Of a stretch of 64,000 nucleotides of DNA, positions 1 to 18,815 are shown one piece after another. The DNA comes from Chrysomallon squamiferum. Its lineage: Eukaryota; Animalia; Mollusca. Location of the stretch: NCBI GenBank assembly GCA_012295275.1, contig CM022669.1, forward strand, positions 2,542,001-2,606,000, read 5' to 3'. The notes below the pieces were generated by a model that saw only the letters and a program-made list of their open reading frames with translations, made no database searches and was not told the origin of the DNA. Both the position numbers and the translations under genes were made by a program. The stretch's first letter is position 1; every line of letters begins with the position of its first letter.

Positions 1-266
1 TATATGGTAAACACACGATTAACACAAAATAACAGATATCATTAAAATGTGTGAAGATTTTGTTAAATGATTAAAAATATATTCTTTCTTATATATATAT
101 ATATATTTTTTTTTTTTTAACCTGTCTTATTTTAAATATTAAACAAATATTAATTATGGTCTATCCCTTATTTCCTCAGTTCTTCCTAACTAGTTCAAAA
201 TTTATGATTTATATATGCCTTAATAAATAATTTCATAATAATAAATATCTTCTGTACACTTTGTAG

Positions 267-622
267 TGATAGAAAATGAACGCAGACAGATTGAAGCTCA
301 GAAAGAAAAAGAGGAAATACTGAGGACCATTGAAGAAAACAAGCATCTAGAAGAGGAGAAGGTGGCCAAGCAGTTTCAACGGAATCTTCAGTATCAGCGG
401 GATCTAGAGGGCCAGATGGAGTATGCTAATAGGATCAAAGAAGAAGAACGCAGAAGGGAGGAGGATGAATACCGATCTGGTCTTCAAGCAGAATGCGAGT
501 ATCAGGAAAAACTGAAAAATGCTCTTGATTACCCCATGTGTGAAAAAATTCACCCAATGAGACGATATCTCATGTCTACTCAGCCAGAACAGCAGTCATT
601 TGAGGCCAATGACTGTCACTGA
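267..622 (+). CDS. CFAP53: Terminal coding exon of cilia- and flagella-associated protein 53 (CCDC11); gene starts before the window
   Basis: Acceptor ttgtag ends at 266 (phase 1). E/Q/R/K-rich trichohyalin-plectin-type coiled coil ending in IHPMRR, as recalled for the CFAP53 C-terminus. Stop TGA 620-622; AATAAA at ~710. Confidence 0.8.
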
Positions 623-2568
623 ACTGATACTCATTGTTGTAGATGTATTAAAAAAAGTTGTTGTTTATACTTGAAAAAACTGTTGAAGAATTGTGATTAA
701 ACATCCAGAAATAAAAAAGAAAAAGATTTATTTACGTTTTAAGAGATGTCAGAGATGCTGTTAAACAAATACTGAAAACTAATTAACAAATATTTTGAAT
801 AATTGTCAACTATCTTATTTTTTAAACTTTAGGAAGTCAAAAAAAGATTTATCTTAAACTTGAACAATAGAATAAGAATTAATTATATAACTTGAACAGT
901 TATTAAAATAAATTATATAATATCAAGATATATTAAAATACAAAAAGATATATTATTAAACTAGAACAGACAGTGCAAATTAATTAAACAATTTCAGTAA
1001 ATGTTTGTTACTGTACTTAACTTAAAATATATTGTTTAAATCAAAAATCATTTCCATCTCTTTGCTGTACAAACTGATGGCCATTATATAAAAGTAATAA
1101 CAGATGAAAATAAATGGCTACTTGCACAAATTGTCATTTTATTTATTTTATGTTAATTAAATGTTGTTTTTTGTTTTTCTTAGACAGAGTTACAGGAATG
1201 TGATCTCAGTTATCTGTGATAGAAATGGGGAAAGGGAGGGTAATATAAATGTATATTGTAATTTCCATAGATTTTAAATTTTCAGTTTGTATAACAATAT
1301 ATTTCCATTATATATTTCCATTATTTAACATTTGTTATATATGCTGACATTATTAACGTTCGAGAGTACATGTATATGTGCATTATGCTCACATACCTGC
1401 TTAACCCCAAAGTCCATCAGTTTTTGTAACATGAAAGAAAATTGTGAAACCTTGTATTGTGACTAAACAAATCTCATCCATATAATTTGTTGTACACAAA
1501 TTAAAAATATCTAAATAGTACTATTCATAAATATTAAACATAATAGATTTCACACTCCTATAAATTTGCAATACTACTACTACTGATAATAATAATAATA
1601 CAAATTATTATGAATAATAAATAAACAAAATTGTTGTTGTTTGCTGTGTATAGGTATAATTTCTTAATTAAAATTTTATAACTTAATTCAGAAATTCAAT
1701 TTTACAGTCCTAAAGTTGTTGTTCATTTATATATTTGTTGTAACATTTCATCAGACAAACTTAGTGATTATGTGAAACGCATAAATCAATTTTATATTCA
1801 CTTAGGACTAAGGACTTTCAGGTCAAAAAATGGTCAGCTATTCCTTACTAGAAATCACTGACATATCTATTTCAGAATTTAGAATATTAGAATGGTATAG
1901 GAGAAACATTTTGTATTGCTTTTAAATTTATCCAGAATTTGTGATAGAAATGGTAAATAACTATTAATATTTGTTCTACAATACAAATGAACAGACTGAT
2001 TTATGTTACAAATAATAACAATATTGCAATAAAATTACTATTAAAATAGATTAATAATTTCATTAATTAATAGACTGAATAAATATAGGACACAAAATAT
2101 TCTGTTTTATTTGTATGAAAAATATTTAATAAGCCATCTCAGCAGATTTTCAAAACTAATATTCAGTGAATATTTATACATTGAAAAAAATTAAAAATTG
2201 CTGAACTTGACAGATTTTGGGATTGTGGATAATGGTTATAAAGTTTTGCCAGTAACTTTCATGTTTTGTAATTATTTAATTTTACTGACAGATAAACTGT
2301 TCACGGACAGAAATATTAACTATGCAAATTTATACCTCATCAAATCTTTGTTAGGTTTATTCATTAAATAAAATTATCATTTTTATGAGATTAGATTTTA
2401 CAGATGGTTCTGTTAATTGTTTTTTATTACTTCCTAATTTTTTTAAATAAAAGATGACAGTTGCAATGAAATTGCTTACTTAAAAAGAACATGAAAAGAT
2501 GCACACATTTTGTTTGACATATTTTTAGTGTAAAGGTAAATTCTCCCTGTAAAAACAATATTCAAATG

Positions 2569-2602
<34 letters not shown>

Positions 2603-4019
2603 TGTGTCTGTGTATATTTAACACAGCTTAAAATAAATGTTAATGAATATTCATTATCTCTGAAATTAAAAAAAACCTAATAAGTTTTAACAGATACATT
2701 CATTGTATACTGTTGTCACTGAACCAGTAAGACAATTGTATTATAAAAACAAATGTCAGTAAGCTACAAGAAACTGATGTTAACAACTGGGTTTTTTTCA
2801 TCACAGTATTATTTATCTCTGTTGTATTATATGTGTTTATATATCCTTAATGTGTCATGTGTAATTATATTAATAAAAATTGGCCTGTCTGATTTTCTTT
2901 TGTGTTGTTTTTCTTTAGTTATCATAGTTTTGAATTAATGAACAATACACATATAACTATCACTGAAGACGTCATATGATGGCCATGCAGCAATATGTAG
3001 TCTATAATGTATAGTTTATGTTATATAAATTCATATTAAATTTATTTTATATCAATTTTTTCTCAGGACATTTCAGTCAGTTTCACCTATGTCGTGGTAA
3101 TGGCCCAAAAATTACAGAATGATAAGAGGCACATTTATTGTGGTAGTATAATTTTAAAGAAGTAAATGTTGAATCAATATATGCTAACCAATAACTCAAC
3201 ATAATTTATTATTAATGGTGCAGTTATCTGTAGTAATATGATAATTTTACAGTTAAGGGATTTTTAAATAAAACCTTAAAATATCACGACAGATAAAGCA
3301 TCTACTGAAATTATTTTGATGAGAGAGATAACATAAAATAAGCCAGGGAATCAGTATGTAAGGATTAAAATGTTTTAATAATATCTTTTCAAGCACGACG
3401 ATTTAATTAATTTATATTTGGTATATTTCTACATAACCTTTTTGGTTCTTATCAAATTTTCACACGAACGGTCATTTATATCTAAGTGTGCGCTCAGTTT
3501 AATTAAAGTTTATCACTATGTAAAAATGAAAGTCGCTGATAAAACTTCATAACTAGCATAATTAAAGTATAATAACGTAAATAACGTAAATAATTAATAA
3601 TTAAAATGTCCAATAATATAATGAATATTATCAGAAGTAATTTCTTCCGATAGTACCTGTTAGAAGCAGGTCGCGTATGCAGGGAGCTAACCGCAAAATG
3701 AAGGTGGTTCGTCAATTTGGCGAAGTTATTTACCGGCATTTTTTTAATAAGATGTTCAAATTTATCAGTTTTGCGTGTCATTCGTTCGATTATAAAATTT
3801 TGTTCCTTTGACCGTTCAAAAAATTTGCTTCTTTTGAACAATATTTATTTGATTATTCTAAATTGTTGAAAGCACTCTGAATAATTACTATAATTATCTT
3901 GAAACTTTCGTTTGATTATCTTGAACATCAAAGGAAATACTGAATGTTTTTTAGCCATTCTTTCATTGCTAAATCACAGAGATTAGTCCATTCTTGACGT
4001 TGTGAGAGCACATGTATGT

Positions 4020-6350
4020 CTCAGTTACCCAAAGAGCTTTACAGGGGACAGGGAAGTATAGCTACTGGTAAGACAAAAACAAGAACAACAAAAAGCCACC
4101 CCCACCAACATTAATGCACTGAAAGAGTTTCAAACAAGAAGACAGAGTTTCAGTATTTTATGCATGAAAACCAGATCAAAATCTGTTGCATCCAAGAACC
4201 TATCTCAAAGAATCGAGCTTCAAGATCAGAATCTGCACTGATGGTGTCTATGGAGTCACTAGCCGAGAAACAGACCTAACCGTAAGTGATAGCATAATCC
4301 ATACAGCGTCACAGCTCCCAGGATGGAACTATAAGAAAGCCAAATGGCAACTTTTCAGGTGTTGCACAAATGAGCTGACCAAAGATACTGAAGTCTAGAT
4401 AAGGGACAACCTCCAGCATATATATGAAGAGGAATCTTGTCAGTGTATGCCCCTTACTGGAATGAAAAAATTCAAATGAAACACGATGAATTGACCCGAG
4501 TGAGGGAAGAAGCAGACCGAGCCAAAACAACAACCAAAAGCCGTATATCTGAGAACTAGTCCTGAATCCAAACGAAAAAGTTTCAGAGACAAAACTGTAG
4601 CAACTCAACCTTGATAAATTATGGAAAATTATAAAACAACTAAATGAGGAAGAATCTCATGCACAGAAGATCACTACAGTTGAGGATGGAAATATACTCA
4701 CAGGTAAGAAATCGGATGACCTTTTAACAATACCTATGCCAAGAAATGTGGCACTGCCATCACAACAACTCAGATGAAAGAAGCACAAAGGAAACAAAAA
4801 GAAATGGTAAGTCCAAGAATCCATGACGAATAGTATAACTCTATCAGAACTTGAAAAGCTTTACGGAATTGCTAAAGAAATGCTGAAACACCTAGGCAAT
4901 ACTGCACATTCAATATGCTGGAAATGTTCAACCTAAGCTTGTGTGAAGGCGAGGTGCCACAAATCTGGAAATTGGCGGTCATGATACCCATACTGAAAAC
5001 TGGTAAGGAGAAACAAAAGGCAAGCAGCTACAAGCCCACCTAACTCACTAACTTTGTCTGTAAAACCATAGAGCGCATCGTCAACCATCGGCTTCAAAAA
5101 TTCATTAACAGTGAGAACATCATCAATCAATAACAGGCAGGATTTAGGCAATTCCGCAACACAGTCGTTTTACAAGTAATCGAAGATATTTTCCAAGCAC
5201 AGAAGCTTGTTTTTGCCTCATTCATTGATCTGCAAAAGGCCTTTGACAAGGTCTGGAAAGATGGCTAGCAAAGCTACAGAAAAGCAGTATGTGTGACAAC
5301 ATGCACCTGGTCACACAAATACCAAAGGTGACATATGCAGTTTTATGATCGAGTTTTGTGGTGCTCGGGGCAGTATACAACTACAACAACATATCGCATG
5401 CAACTTGCCCTTGTCATTATTACATCTTGGACTAGAAATTGAGATATAAGCGTCAACAAAGACAAATCAACTGCAACTTTCTTCTCACTCTCCACAAACC
5501 AGGAAGCAGGTAATTTAAAACTTGATGACACCCCTCTCTAGGATGAGAACACTTGGTGGTCACTTTCGACAAGATGCAGACCTGGAAATCGCAAGTGGAG
5601 AAAGCTGATGCCAAAGCTCGAAGAAAATTGCCATAACGAGGAAATTAGCTGGCACCAAATGGGGTGCAGATCATAACCTCCTGAATAGAGTATGTCTACG
5701 AGCGATCAGACCACATCTTGAGTATGCAGCCAGTGCATGGTCAACAACAACAGCAAAGTCACATCAACAAAAACTAGACAGGGTTAAAAACCAAGCACTC
5801 AGGATAATAAATGGAGCAATAAGGTCAACCCGTTTTGAAAAAAATGAACAGCTGATTGTATTGTACCCCTCAACAAGCGCAGGCAATCAACGCTAATGAT
5901 ACGATCCAGAAAGTTCAAGTCTTTGCCACAGCACCCAATGAACAACATAATAAATAACTATTCCTACAACAGACTCAAAAGAACTAGCTTTCAAAAACTG
6001 AGTAAATCACTTCTCCTGTCAGCTGCATCCCACCCTGGGAATCAATATTGGACATGTAAAGGCCTACACAGTGGTCCAACACCTCACTCCTGGAGAGGAA
6101 AATAATATGCCATAAAAACGAGCTCTGATACTAGCCATGATTGATGAACATCACCCAGAGACACCATGGACACAGGTATATAATATTTGATCTGCAACAA
6201 ATACAATGAGAAATGGAGTGGCTGGAATATACATCATGAATCCTCGTAGCTACCGAGAGAAGGCAAATTTTATTACAGGGAAAACACTGCACAAATTATA
6301 CTGCAGAGGATGATGCACTCGTTCCTGCTGCCAACATTGAAACAATAGAA
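4020..6350 (+). mobile_element. Decayed non-LTR retrotransposon (I/Ingi-like LINE with RT and RNase H), many stops and frameshifts
   Basis: Frame-hopping motifs: WNYKKAKW (post-endonuclease, ~4322), SYKP (~5026), QAGFR (~5134), FIDLQKAFDKVW (~5221), LAGTKWGAD (~5645), IRPHLEYAASAW (~5705), NQALRII (~5789), RNase H-like WTQVY..SATN..RNGVAGIYI and KHCTNYTAE (~6167-6308). Boundaries approximate; no poly(A) tail or TSD seen. Confidence 0.88.
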
Positions 6351-6487
6351 ACAACTGAAGCATATTGTTAATTCGACGTCATGTGGATGCTTGTTAAAAA
6401 TTGTACAACCCAGATTACGTTTTCTAAAGTATGAACCGACACCTATCTTCTTTCGCCCTTTTGCGCATACAAACTGCTCCCCTATAT

Positions 6488-6532
<45 letters not shown>

Positions 6533-7002
6533 AAATGGATGTTATCAGTATAATTAAATGCTTCTTTCTTATATGTCATACAATGCTCATAAATTACATC
6601 CATATTTGAATAATTTTCATACTTATACACTGGTTAACTACAAAATACTGTTATGGCGTGCATATATGCATTTGTGTGAGTTTTATGAATATTTTTATAA
6701 TTAATGTTACAGGCTTATTTTTCAAACTTTACATTTCCTTTTTTTATCTTCTCTTTATTGTTTTCTTTCTTATTGATCATTTCCCGAAAAACAAATAATG
6801 AATATTTTCCAGTTAAATATACCAGTATAAGGATTAGTAATTGTAATATTATATCATATTATATTATATTATTATATTAACTGCACTGTTCGCATTATCA
6901 AATTAATTTAAACTTTCAGTTTCTTATATTGTTTTTCGAGTAGGCTAAAAATGCATTTTCAGAAATCTCAAGTGAAAAAGACGGAAAAGCCAGCAATAGA
7001 AT

Positions 7003-7028
7003 AAGGTCATCCACCAAGGACAAGGTCA
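7003..7028 (+). promoter_or_regulatory. Cluster of three ERR/SF1-type nuclear receptor half-sites directly upstream of the IDH3A ATG
   Basis: AAGGTCA 7003-7009, CCAAGGACA 7014-7022, CAAGGTCA 7021-7028; a further CAAGGTCA at 7870-7877. Confidence 0.45.
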
Positions 7029-7030
7029 CA

Positions 7031-12249
<5,219 letters not shown>

Positions 12250-15002
12250 TTGTGACTTTGCTATTAGTTAGATTTTATAAAAAAAAAAATGTTATTATTA
12301 TGTGTAGCCATCTTTCAAAAAAAAAAGGAATAGAACATTGAGAAAGATATGACAAGTGATTATTTATTTTTACAAAGCATGTACAGATTTTTTGGCACAA
12401 AGTGTTCCTGTTAAATATTTCTGATAGCACAGATATAATGTTTTCCCACTCTGTTTCTAGTCACCAGTTTTGATGTTTAACAATTAGATTTAACATGGCC
12501 CAAAGAAAGGCATTGGTGTGACTGTTAACTGTTTAAATGTAAAGATTTATCAGTGTTTTAAATGTGACGGTGATCTTCATTTTGAAAGAGATGTAGAATC
12601 TTCTGTGTTGGTTGTAACTTTTCAGTGAATACAAAATGAGTAATAAACAGACTAACATATCACAGATGACTGGCAACAATTGATCCATAACACAACAGTT
12701 AAACAGCAAGAAATGTACAGACTAATATCACATACAACTGGCAACATACTAAGGACTGTCAAATCTGTAATTAAAATAATATATACTGAGGTATATGCTA
12801 AATGTTTTAGTAATTAATGTTGACACTGAAGGAAGTACAGAATATACTAATACTATGTTAATACAATTTAAATAATTCATAGTACAACTGATTAAATCCT
12901 TAACACTACTGACAGTTTTAAGAAAAAGTCACATTAATGCTTGGCTTAGATAATGATACATATTTATGTCTACTGTTTGCATGGATGTGTGATTCAATCC
13001 CAAGAACTGTTCTTCCTTTAACTAACATAGAATATCATATTTTCAAAATTTCAAAATACAATACTGATATTAAACCTGTTGTTTATGTTATTACAGCTTA
13101 CAGTGATTATCTATATAACTCAGATATTGTTTTTGAATTTATATGCTTTGTGTTGCTATATGTATTATTTCAAAAGATAAGTGTAAAAATTGTGATATAA
13201 ATAAGATATTTACCCTCCAGTTATACAGATCTGAATTATATTGACAATATTAATAATGCAGGTTTGGGTTGTTTTTGTTTATTTATTTAATAGATTAATA
13301 ATTTTCATAATTGTTATTAGATGTAATTATGAATTTTTAAATTAAAAAAAGTTCCTTTTAATGAATGACTCTTCAGTTTTATTACTTTTAAAATTATCTC
13401 AGATCTGACTTTTTGGTTTTGTTTTGACTGTTGTCTACTTACATAATTTGTACATTTTTTATTATTATTTTGTGTAAATATTACATGAGATGTTTTTCTA
13501 GATGTGTAAATATTTTTGCCTAAAAGTTTTAATATTGTGTTCTGAAAAAAAAACACTCATGAAATATACAGCTTTTTTATATTTACACTTGTTTTATTGT
13601 AGTTTTTGTACTTATAAATTATCATTTTCCTCATGTCTGTTTATGTTTTATTAAAAATATTTTATTGTACATTATTTGTACATTTTAGTTTTGCTATTTA
13701 ATTTTGTATTTATCTTTTATTTTACAACTTTGTTATGTTGTTCGCTTTAATGTTGTATTTTTAAATTTTCAAATACTACAGAAGTTGAGATGTATTTTTT
13801 CACAATCATGATGTAACCAACTGCTTCAGTTATGACAAGTCTATTACCTTATTTTTAATATCATTTTTATATGAAAATTCATCATTATGATATATAAATA
13901 TTTACTTTGACATATTTTTACAAATTGTAATTCTTTTCTCAATTTACCAAGTCAGCAATACCTGGCAAACATTTGTAATATAAGTACACTCATGTTAAAT
14001 AATTTTAATACATATACAAACTATTTTAATCAGTGCTTTTCACATAATTGTAGTTATAATTATAATTATCAAGATACACATTTTCTTTTGCTGATATCAT
14101 GAAGATTAAATTACATTTCGATCTTTAACCAGTCTTCAGTTAAAATAAAGAATTATAATAAAGCCACAAGCCTTTGAGACCTGTTATTTTTATTTGATTA
14201 TTTGACTTATTAGAACAAAAGTTGTTTTATCAGCTTGAGAAACAGTCAGATTTAGTTAAAATCAGTTCATGTGACATATCTTGTGATTGTTTATCCACTA
14301 GATTATTTTGAGTTAAATAACAATATCCATTCATTCAATGTTTTAAAAAAATTGTATTTCTTACTTTGGTGTCATTGTGATACATTTTTTATCCTGTGTT
14401 TGCCAGCAGTTTTTATTTATGTATCTTTGTTATTGTTATTTTATTATATGAAATATAATAAATTTCAGATTAATGCACGCACAAAAATTGTTCGAGAATT
14501 TTTTTTTTTTTTTTTATATTTATATATATATATTATGGTGTTCTGAAAGTTATAAATTTAAAAACAGTGACAAAAAACCTTATAGAAAATATATTTTATG
14601 TTGAAATGTGGACAGTAATTTATTATATTTGTAATAAATAATGCTATACATTTTTCATAAAATTGTTTTTGTAAAGAACAAATAATTTATTGTCGATATA
14701 TGCATCTTATTTAGAAATTGGCATTATTTTAAAATTCAGATTTTTTTTACAATATTAATGTTAAATATTGATTGGTTACTCTGGAAGTGTATGAATCAAT
14801 GAGAAAAAGAAGCTATACTAATTAAGATTTGTGTCTTTGTTAAGAAAGGTTGTTAAATAAAAAAATAAAATAAAAATTTATTAGGGGAGTAGGTCTATAT
14901 GCACATACTGAGATGTAAAACTTGGACAAAACATTCATCTGTATTATAGAAAGTTAATATTGAAAGATAATAATTTTAATAAATCGGAGGTAAAGAACAG
15001 GA

Positions 15003-15143
15003 AACCACACATTACGTAATAGTTCGCCGAATTACTGATAAACAGCGGACTTTACACGCAACATGACTGTGACGTCAACGTTTCCATGCAGTAACTACTG
15101 ACCTGTCACTTAGGATACGTTCACAGACACTGAGGTGATTCCC
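15003..15143. promoter_or_regulatory. CpG-retaining motif cluster, candidate distal promoter/enhancer of TNFAIP8
   Basis: AACCACA (RUNX-type) 15003-15009, palindrome ATTACGTAAT 15011-15020, CRE TGACGTCA 15070-15077, kB-like GGTGATTCCC 15134-15143. Confidence 0.4.
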
Positions 15144-16008
15144 ACTTGTTTAAAACATTTAATTAATTTAATTTTGTCCCATTCTTTGAAGATACTAATT
15201 ATAGCAGCGTCACTTCAGAGTATAATTTTCCGAGGAAAATGTTTGAAGAGTAATTATCAAGTATATAGTATAGATAAATGGAAACACGGTTTGTATTTAC
15301 GTTTGTAACCATCTTATCAACGATTATGCTAAATATCAAAATAATTCAGAATTTAAAACGAAATTAAATCATTTTAGATGGATTATTAGCAATTATTTTA
15401 CTACAAACAACAGGTAGGCGGTTATTCAGTACCTAAATATCCAAAGCAGTTTGAATTGTAGGAGTGAGCTGTAGCCCGCGTTCTGCTTAGAGTGAGTGTG
15501 ATAGATTGCAAAGGAAGAAGGAAGAAATATTTCAATGACGCATTTTTAATCAGTGATATATAACATACATAAGGTTAAGGATGACACAAATCAGAAGCAG
15601 CAGAAAAGCACAGATTTATTTAATAAATTACCTTTTTCGAATAGCAGCATGGGATATTTTACATGCGTCGTGTCGCCGTTAAAGCATGTACCACGGCTTT
15701 TTGGAAAATCGGAGAGCTACAGCCTGACGCCTGAGAGATCGTAAGATCAATCCTTAGTTATCATACTTTCCTTTTTTATGTGAAACATTATCTTATAACG
15801 TTAATATAAAATAGTTTCGTTTTATAAATATTCTTTTTTTTTTTTTTAAAGTTACGAATTCAGTGTGAACTGCGTAGTTTCTAATTATGATTAATTTGGA
15901 ATACAAACGCGACCGCGCACCTTTTAAAGATAATGCCCTGCTCTCTCGTCATAACATCCTAATACCACGCTAGGCACACTGGGATATAACTAATTATTGA
16001 TACATATA

Positions 16009-16520
16009 CAGTGGAACCTTGGTTACGAACGCCTCGAAGCACGAACAAATCGAACCGTGATTTTGGGCAATTTTTGTCTCGGTTTACGAACAATGTCGCG
16101 CGTTACCAACTACAACGACAAGCTTTCTTTTGATGTCATCATCTAGGAAAGAAAAGAACAGATGTCAAAATAAGGATTACAGGCATGTACTATAGCAAAT
16201 ATATATATATGAATTAGGGCCTTTAGTCTTTGATACGCAGTTGCAGCGCAGTAACTTTTGAGATTGTGCGGTCGCATTTTTTAAAATGTTGCTGCTTTTA
16301 TGTGTATATATATTTTTTTAATATACCCTATCCTATATGGCGCCCAAGAAAACAAAAAGTGAAAGCGATAATTCTGGTGGAAAGTTTAAATGTATCACAG
16401 TAGAGGTTAAGTAAGAAATAATTGCAAAACATAAGAGTGGCCTTCGTGTGTCTGACATCGCTTCGGTTTACGAACGAGTTCTGGAACGAATTAAGTTCGT
16501 AACCCGAGGTCCCACTACTG
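16009..16520 (+). mobile_element. Non-autonomous Tigger/pogo (Tc1-mariner) element with transposase HTH remnant
   Basis: TA flanks at 16007-8 and 16521-2. TIRs CAGTGGAACCTTGGTTACGAAC / GTTCGTAACCCGAGGTCCCACTACTG. Internal MAPKKTKSE..CITVEVK*EIIAKHKSGLRVSDIAS (CENP-B/psq HTH) from 16338. Confidence 0.85.
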
Positions 16521-16616
16521 TAGGTTTAATTAAAACATCTATATAAATTTAAAGACGAATGGATACAGAAAACAATTACTGACTGAAATTCAAGTAATAT
16601 GAACGTCTTTGTTCTA

Positions 16617-16682
<66 letters not shown>

Positions 16683-16710
16683 CCACACATACACACACAC
16701 ACAAACACAC
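16617..16710. repeat. Compound (TC)n(CA)n microsatellite
   Basis: Directly visible dinucleotide runs. Confidence 0.95.
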
Positions 16711-16959
16711 GCATGTGCGAAAGCAAATATCTTTGAAAGACCGTGTATTTAGTGTGTGTCTATTTTAATTTCTGGTGGCGAGAAATTACTGTGCTGAGAA
16801 ATGTATTAATTTTAATAAGTTAATATAACCGTGAAGCACTTAGATGACACGACATATAAAAAAAATTGAAATGCGTATCATCATCATTACTAATGACATT
16901 AGGAGAACACAAACAGCGACAGTCACTCTCATCTACGTTGTTGATTAGTCCTGTCCTGA

Positions 16960-17180
16960 TCACAGAGCCGGTGTAAATTTAACCTCGGTGCACACGCAGC
17001 TGGATACAAAAGTTAAAAGCTGTGGCATGCCCGCGTTAACAAACGGAATGAACTCGTCCAGCCTGACGTCACCCGCAAACTTGGGTGAAGAACGGAAACT
17101 TGGCCAAGTGTCGTAGGAGCTTTGTCGCTGAGTATTTGTTGTGAACAAAAAGGTCGAATTGTTTCAAAATTTTGATGTAG
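16960..17180 (+). promoter_or_regulatory. Probable TNFAIP8 promoter and non-coding first exon
   Basis: CpG-rich patch, CRE TGACGTCA 17064-17071, CGGAA (ETS-like) sites, consensus donor AG|GTAAGT at 17180/17181. No in-frame ATG; the next + strand coding exon is TNFAIP8. Confidence 0.55.
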
Positions 17181-18777
17181 GTAAGTACAGTGGCGAATTA
17201 GGTTTTTTTTATTGATTTACTGTTTAGTCATACTTCGTAATGCGCTAAAAAGAATTTTTCAAATATATTCAAGTCCCGAACTGGGTCGTTAATACAACTT
17301 AAAAGAGACAAGTTAAAAGAAAAAATACGTTCGTAACATTTTATTGTGTTGGATATCATTTTATTTCAGTGTTGTAAAAACAGTGGATTTTTATTACTGT
17401 AAAACTAATTTATAAAATAGTTAATAAGTGGATTTTTCATTGTAAAACGTGTAATTATTATATCTGGCAGCCGATTATAAAATAACAATAAATATTATAC
17501 ACCCATCTATAATAACTTAGTATTTGTCAACGGGGAGGGCTAATGGTATCAGATTATAATTACGTATAAACAGTGTACTTGTCGGTTATGTAAACTAATT
17601 ATACAAATATATTATAATTGAATACACTATATAAATTATCAATTATTTTGTATCTGTTTTCAGAATCGATCTTTATAAATTTCATTATCACATTTACAAA
17701 TACAGTATCACTTGAGTGGATTTTATTCACACTGATTTTTCTATATTCACTTTAAAATTCATTTCAGCCATCTGCCTTACTATAACTTCCACAAAATCCT
17801 TTAAAAGAACAGTAAGATGTAATTTGCAGTTAATATTGATAAAAATAAATAAATGATAATAAATAAATATATAATATTGAAAATAAATAAATATAAAATA
17901 ATGAAAATAAATAAATATAAAATAATAAAATGATTTCCCTGTTGAAAATTAGACAGCTGATTACAAAGTAATACTAAATTATTGTTTTATATGTGTATAA
18001 CTGTGTTTGTTGTTGTTCTCTATTAGAAGGTTTAAGGTATTGTATATCACATAGCTGTAACATCATACTGACAACCTATTCATCATTTTACTTGTTTTTA
18101 CTAACAGTCTGGAATGTTACATAGCTAATTCAGAATAGATCAATATTACATCATACATTTGACACTTTCTCACATCCACTAATAGTTGATGCATGACTTC
18201 CCTTAACAGACTCAGTAAACCTGGAATTATCTACAACACAGTGAATTAATGTATACTGATGTAGATATATAGATTATTGATAGATTATAAATAGAAGGAT
18301 TATAGATAGATACAGATCATTTGTTTTCAGTAAAGAATTTTGTCTGATTTGATCCTGATACCTATGAGCCTCAGGGCTTAACTATATCAAACTTAGAATG
18401 TTTTAAACACAATATATGAAAGTAGAAAACCAGTAAACAGTTTTAACAGTGATAACAAATGGCTTACTCAGCATAAATACAATTTCAGCTATACACATAA
18501 ATACAAGACCAAGTCAGTTTTAATTTAGTTTAACCGTCATTATACTAATAATAGACATTAAAAACCCAACTAGTAATAGACAAATAATAAGGCATAATAA
18601 TCATTTTATGAATACAGACTGATTTTATAAACATGTTTTGACCTCAGTTCTTTTAAACCTTTTGGTTAATAATAGTGTTGAATAATTTAAATTTGTTTCA
18701 TAGAATCACGTGAGAAATATAATTACTTTACAATTATTTATTTGTAATATACCTTAACTAGTGTACCTTTCAGAAGC

Positions 18778-18815
<38 letters not shown>

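Noticed and set aside
3061-3140. GC-richer patch as a snoRNA or other small RNA
   Set aside because: A CTGA is present but there is no paired C box, H/ACA architecture or recognisable family sequence.
3503-3841. 112-aa minus-strand ORF
   Set aside because: Non-ATG start, AT-driven composition, no recognisable domain or splice context.
15278-15413. Alternative coding first exons for TNFAIP8
   Set aside because: The ATG at 15278 gives the wrong phase, and the phase-compatible frame has no ATG after the stop at 15111.
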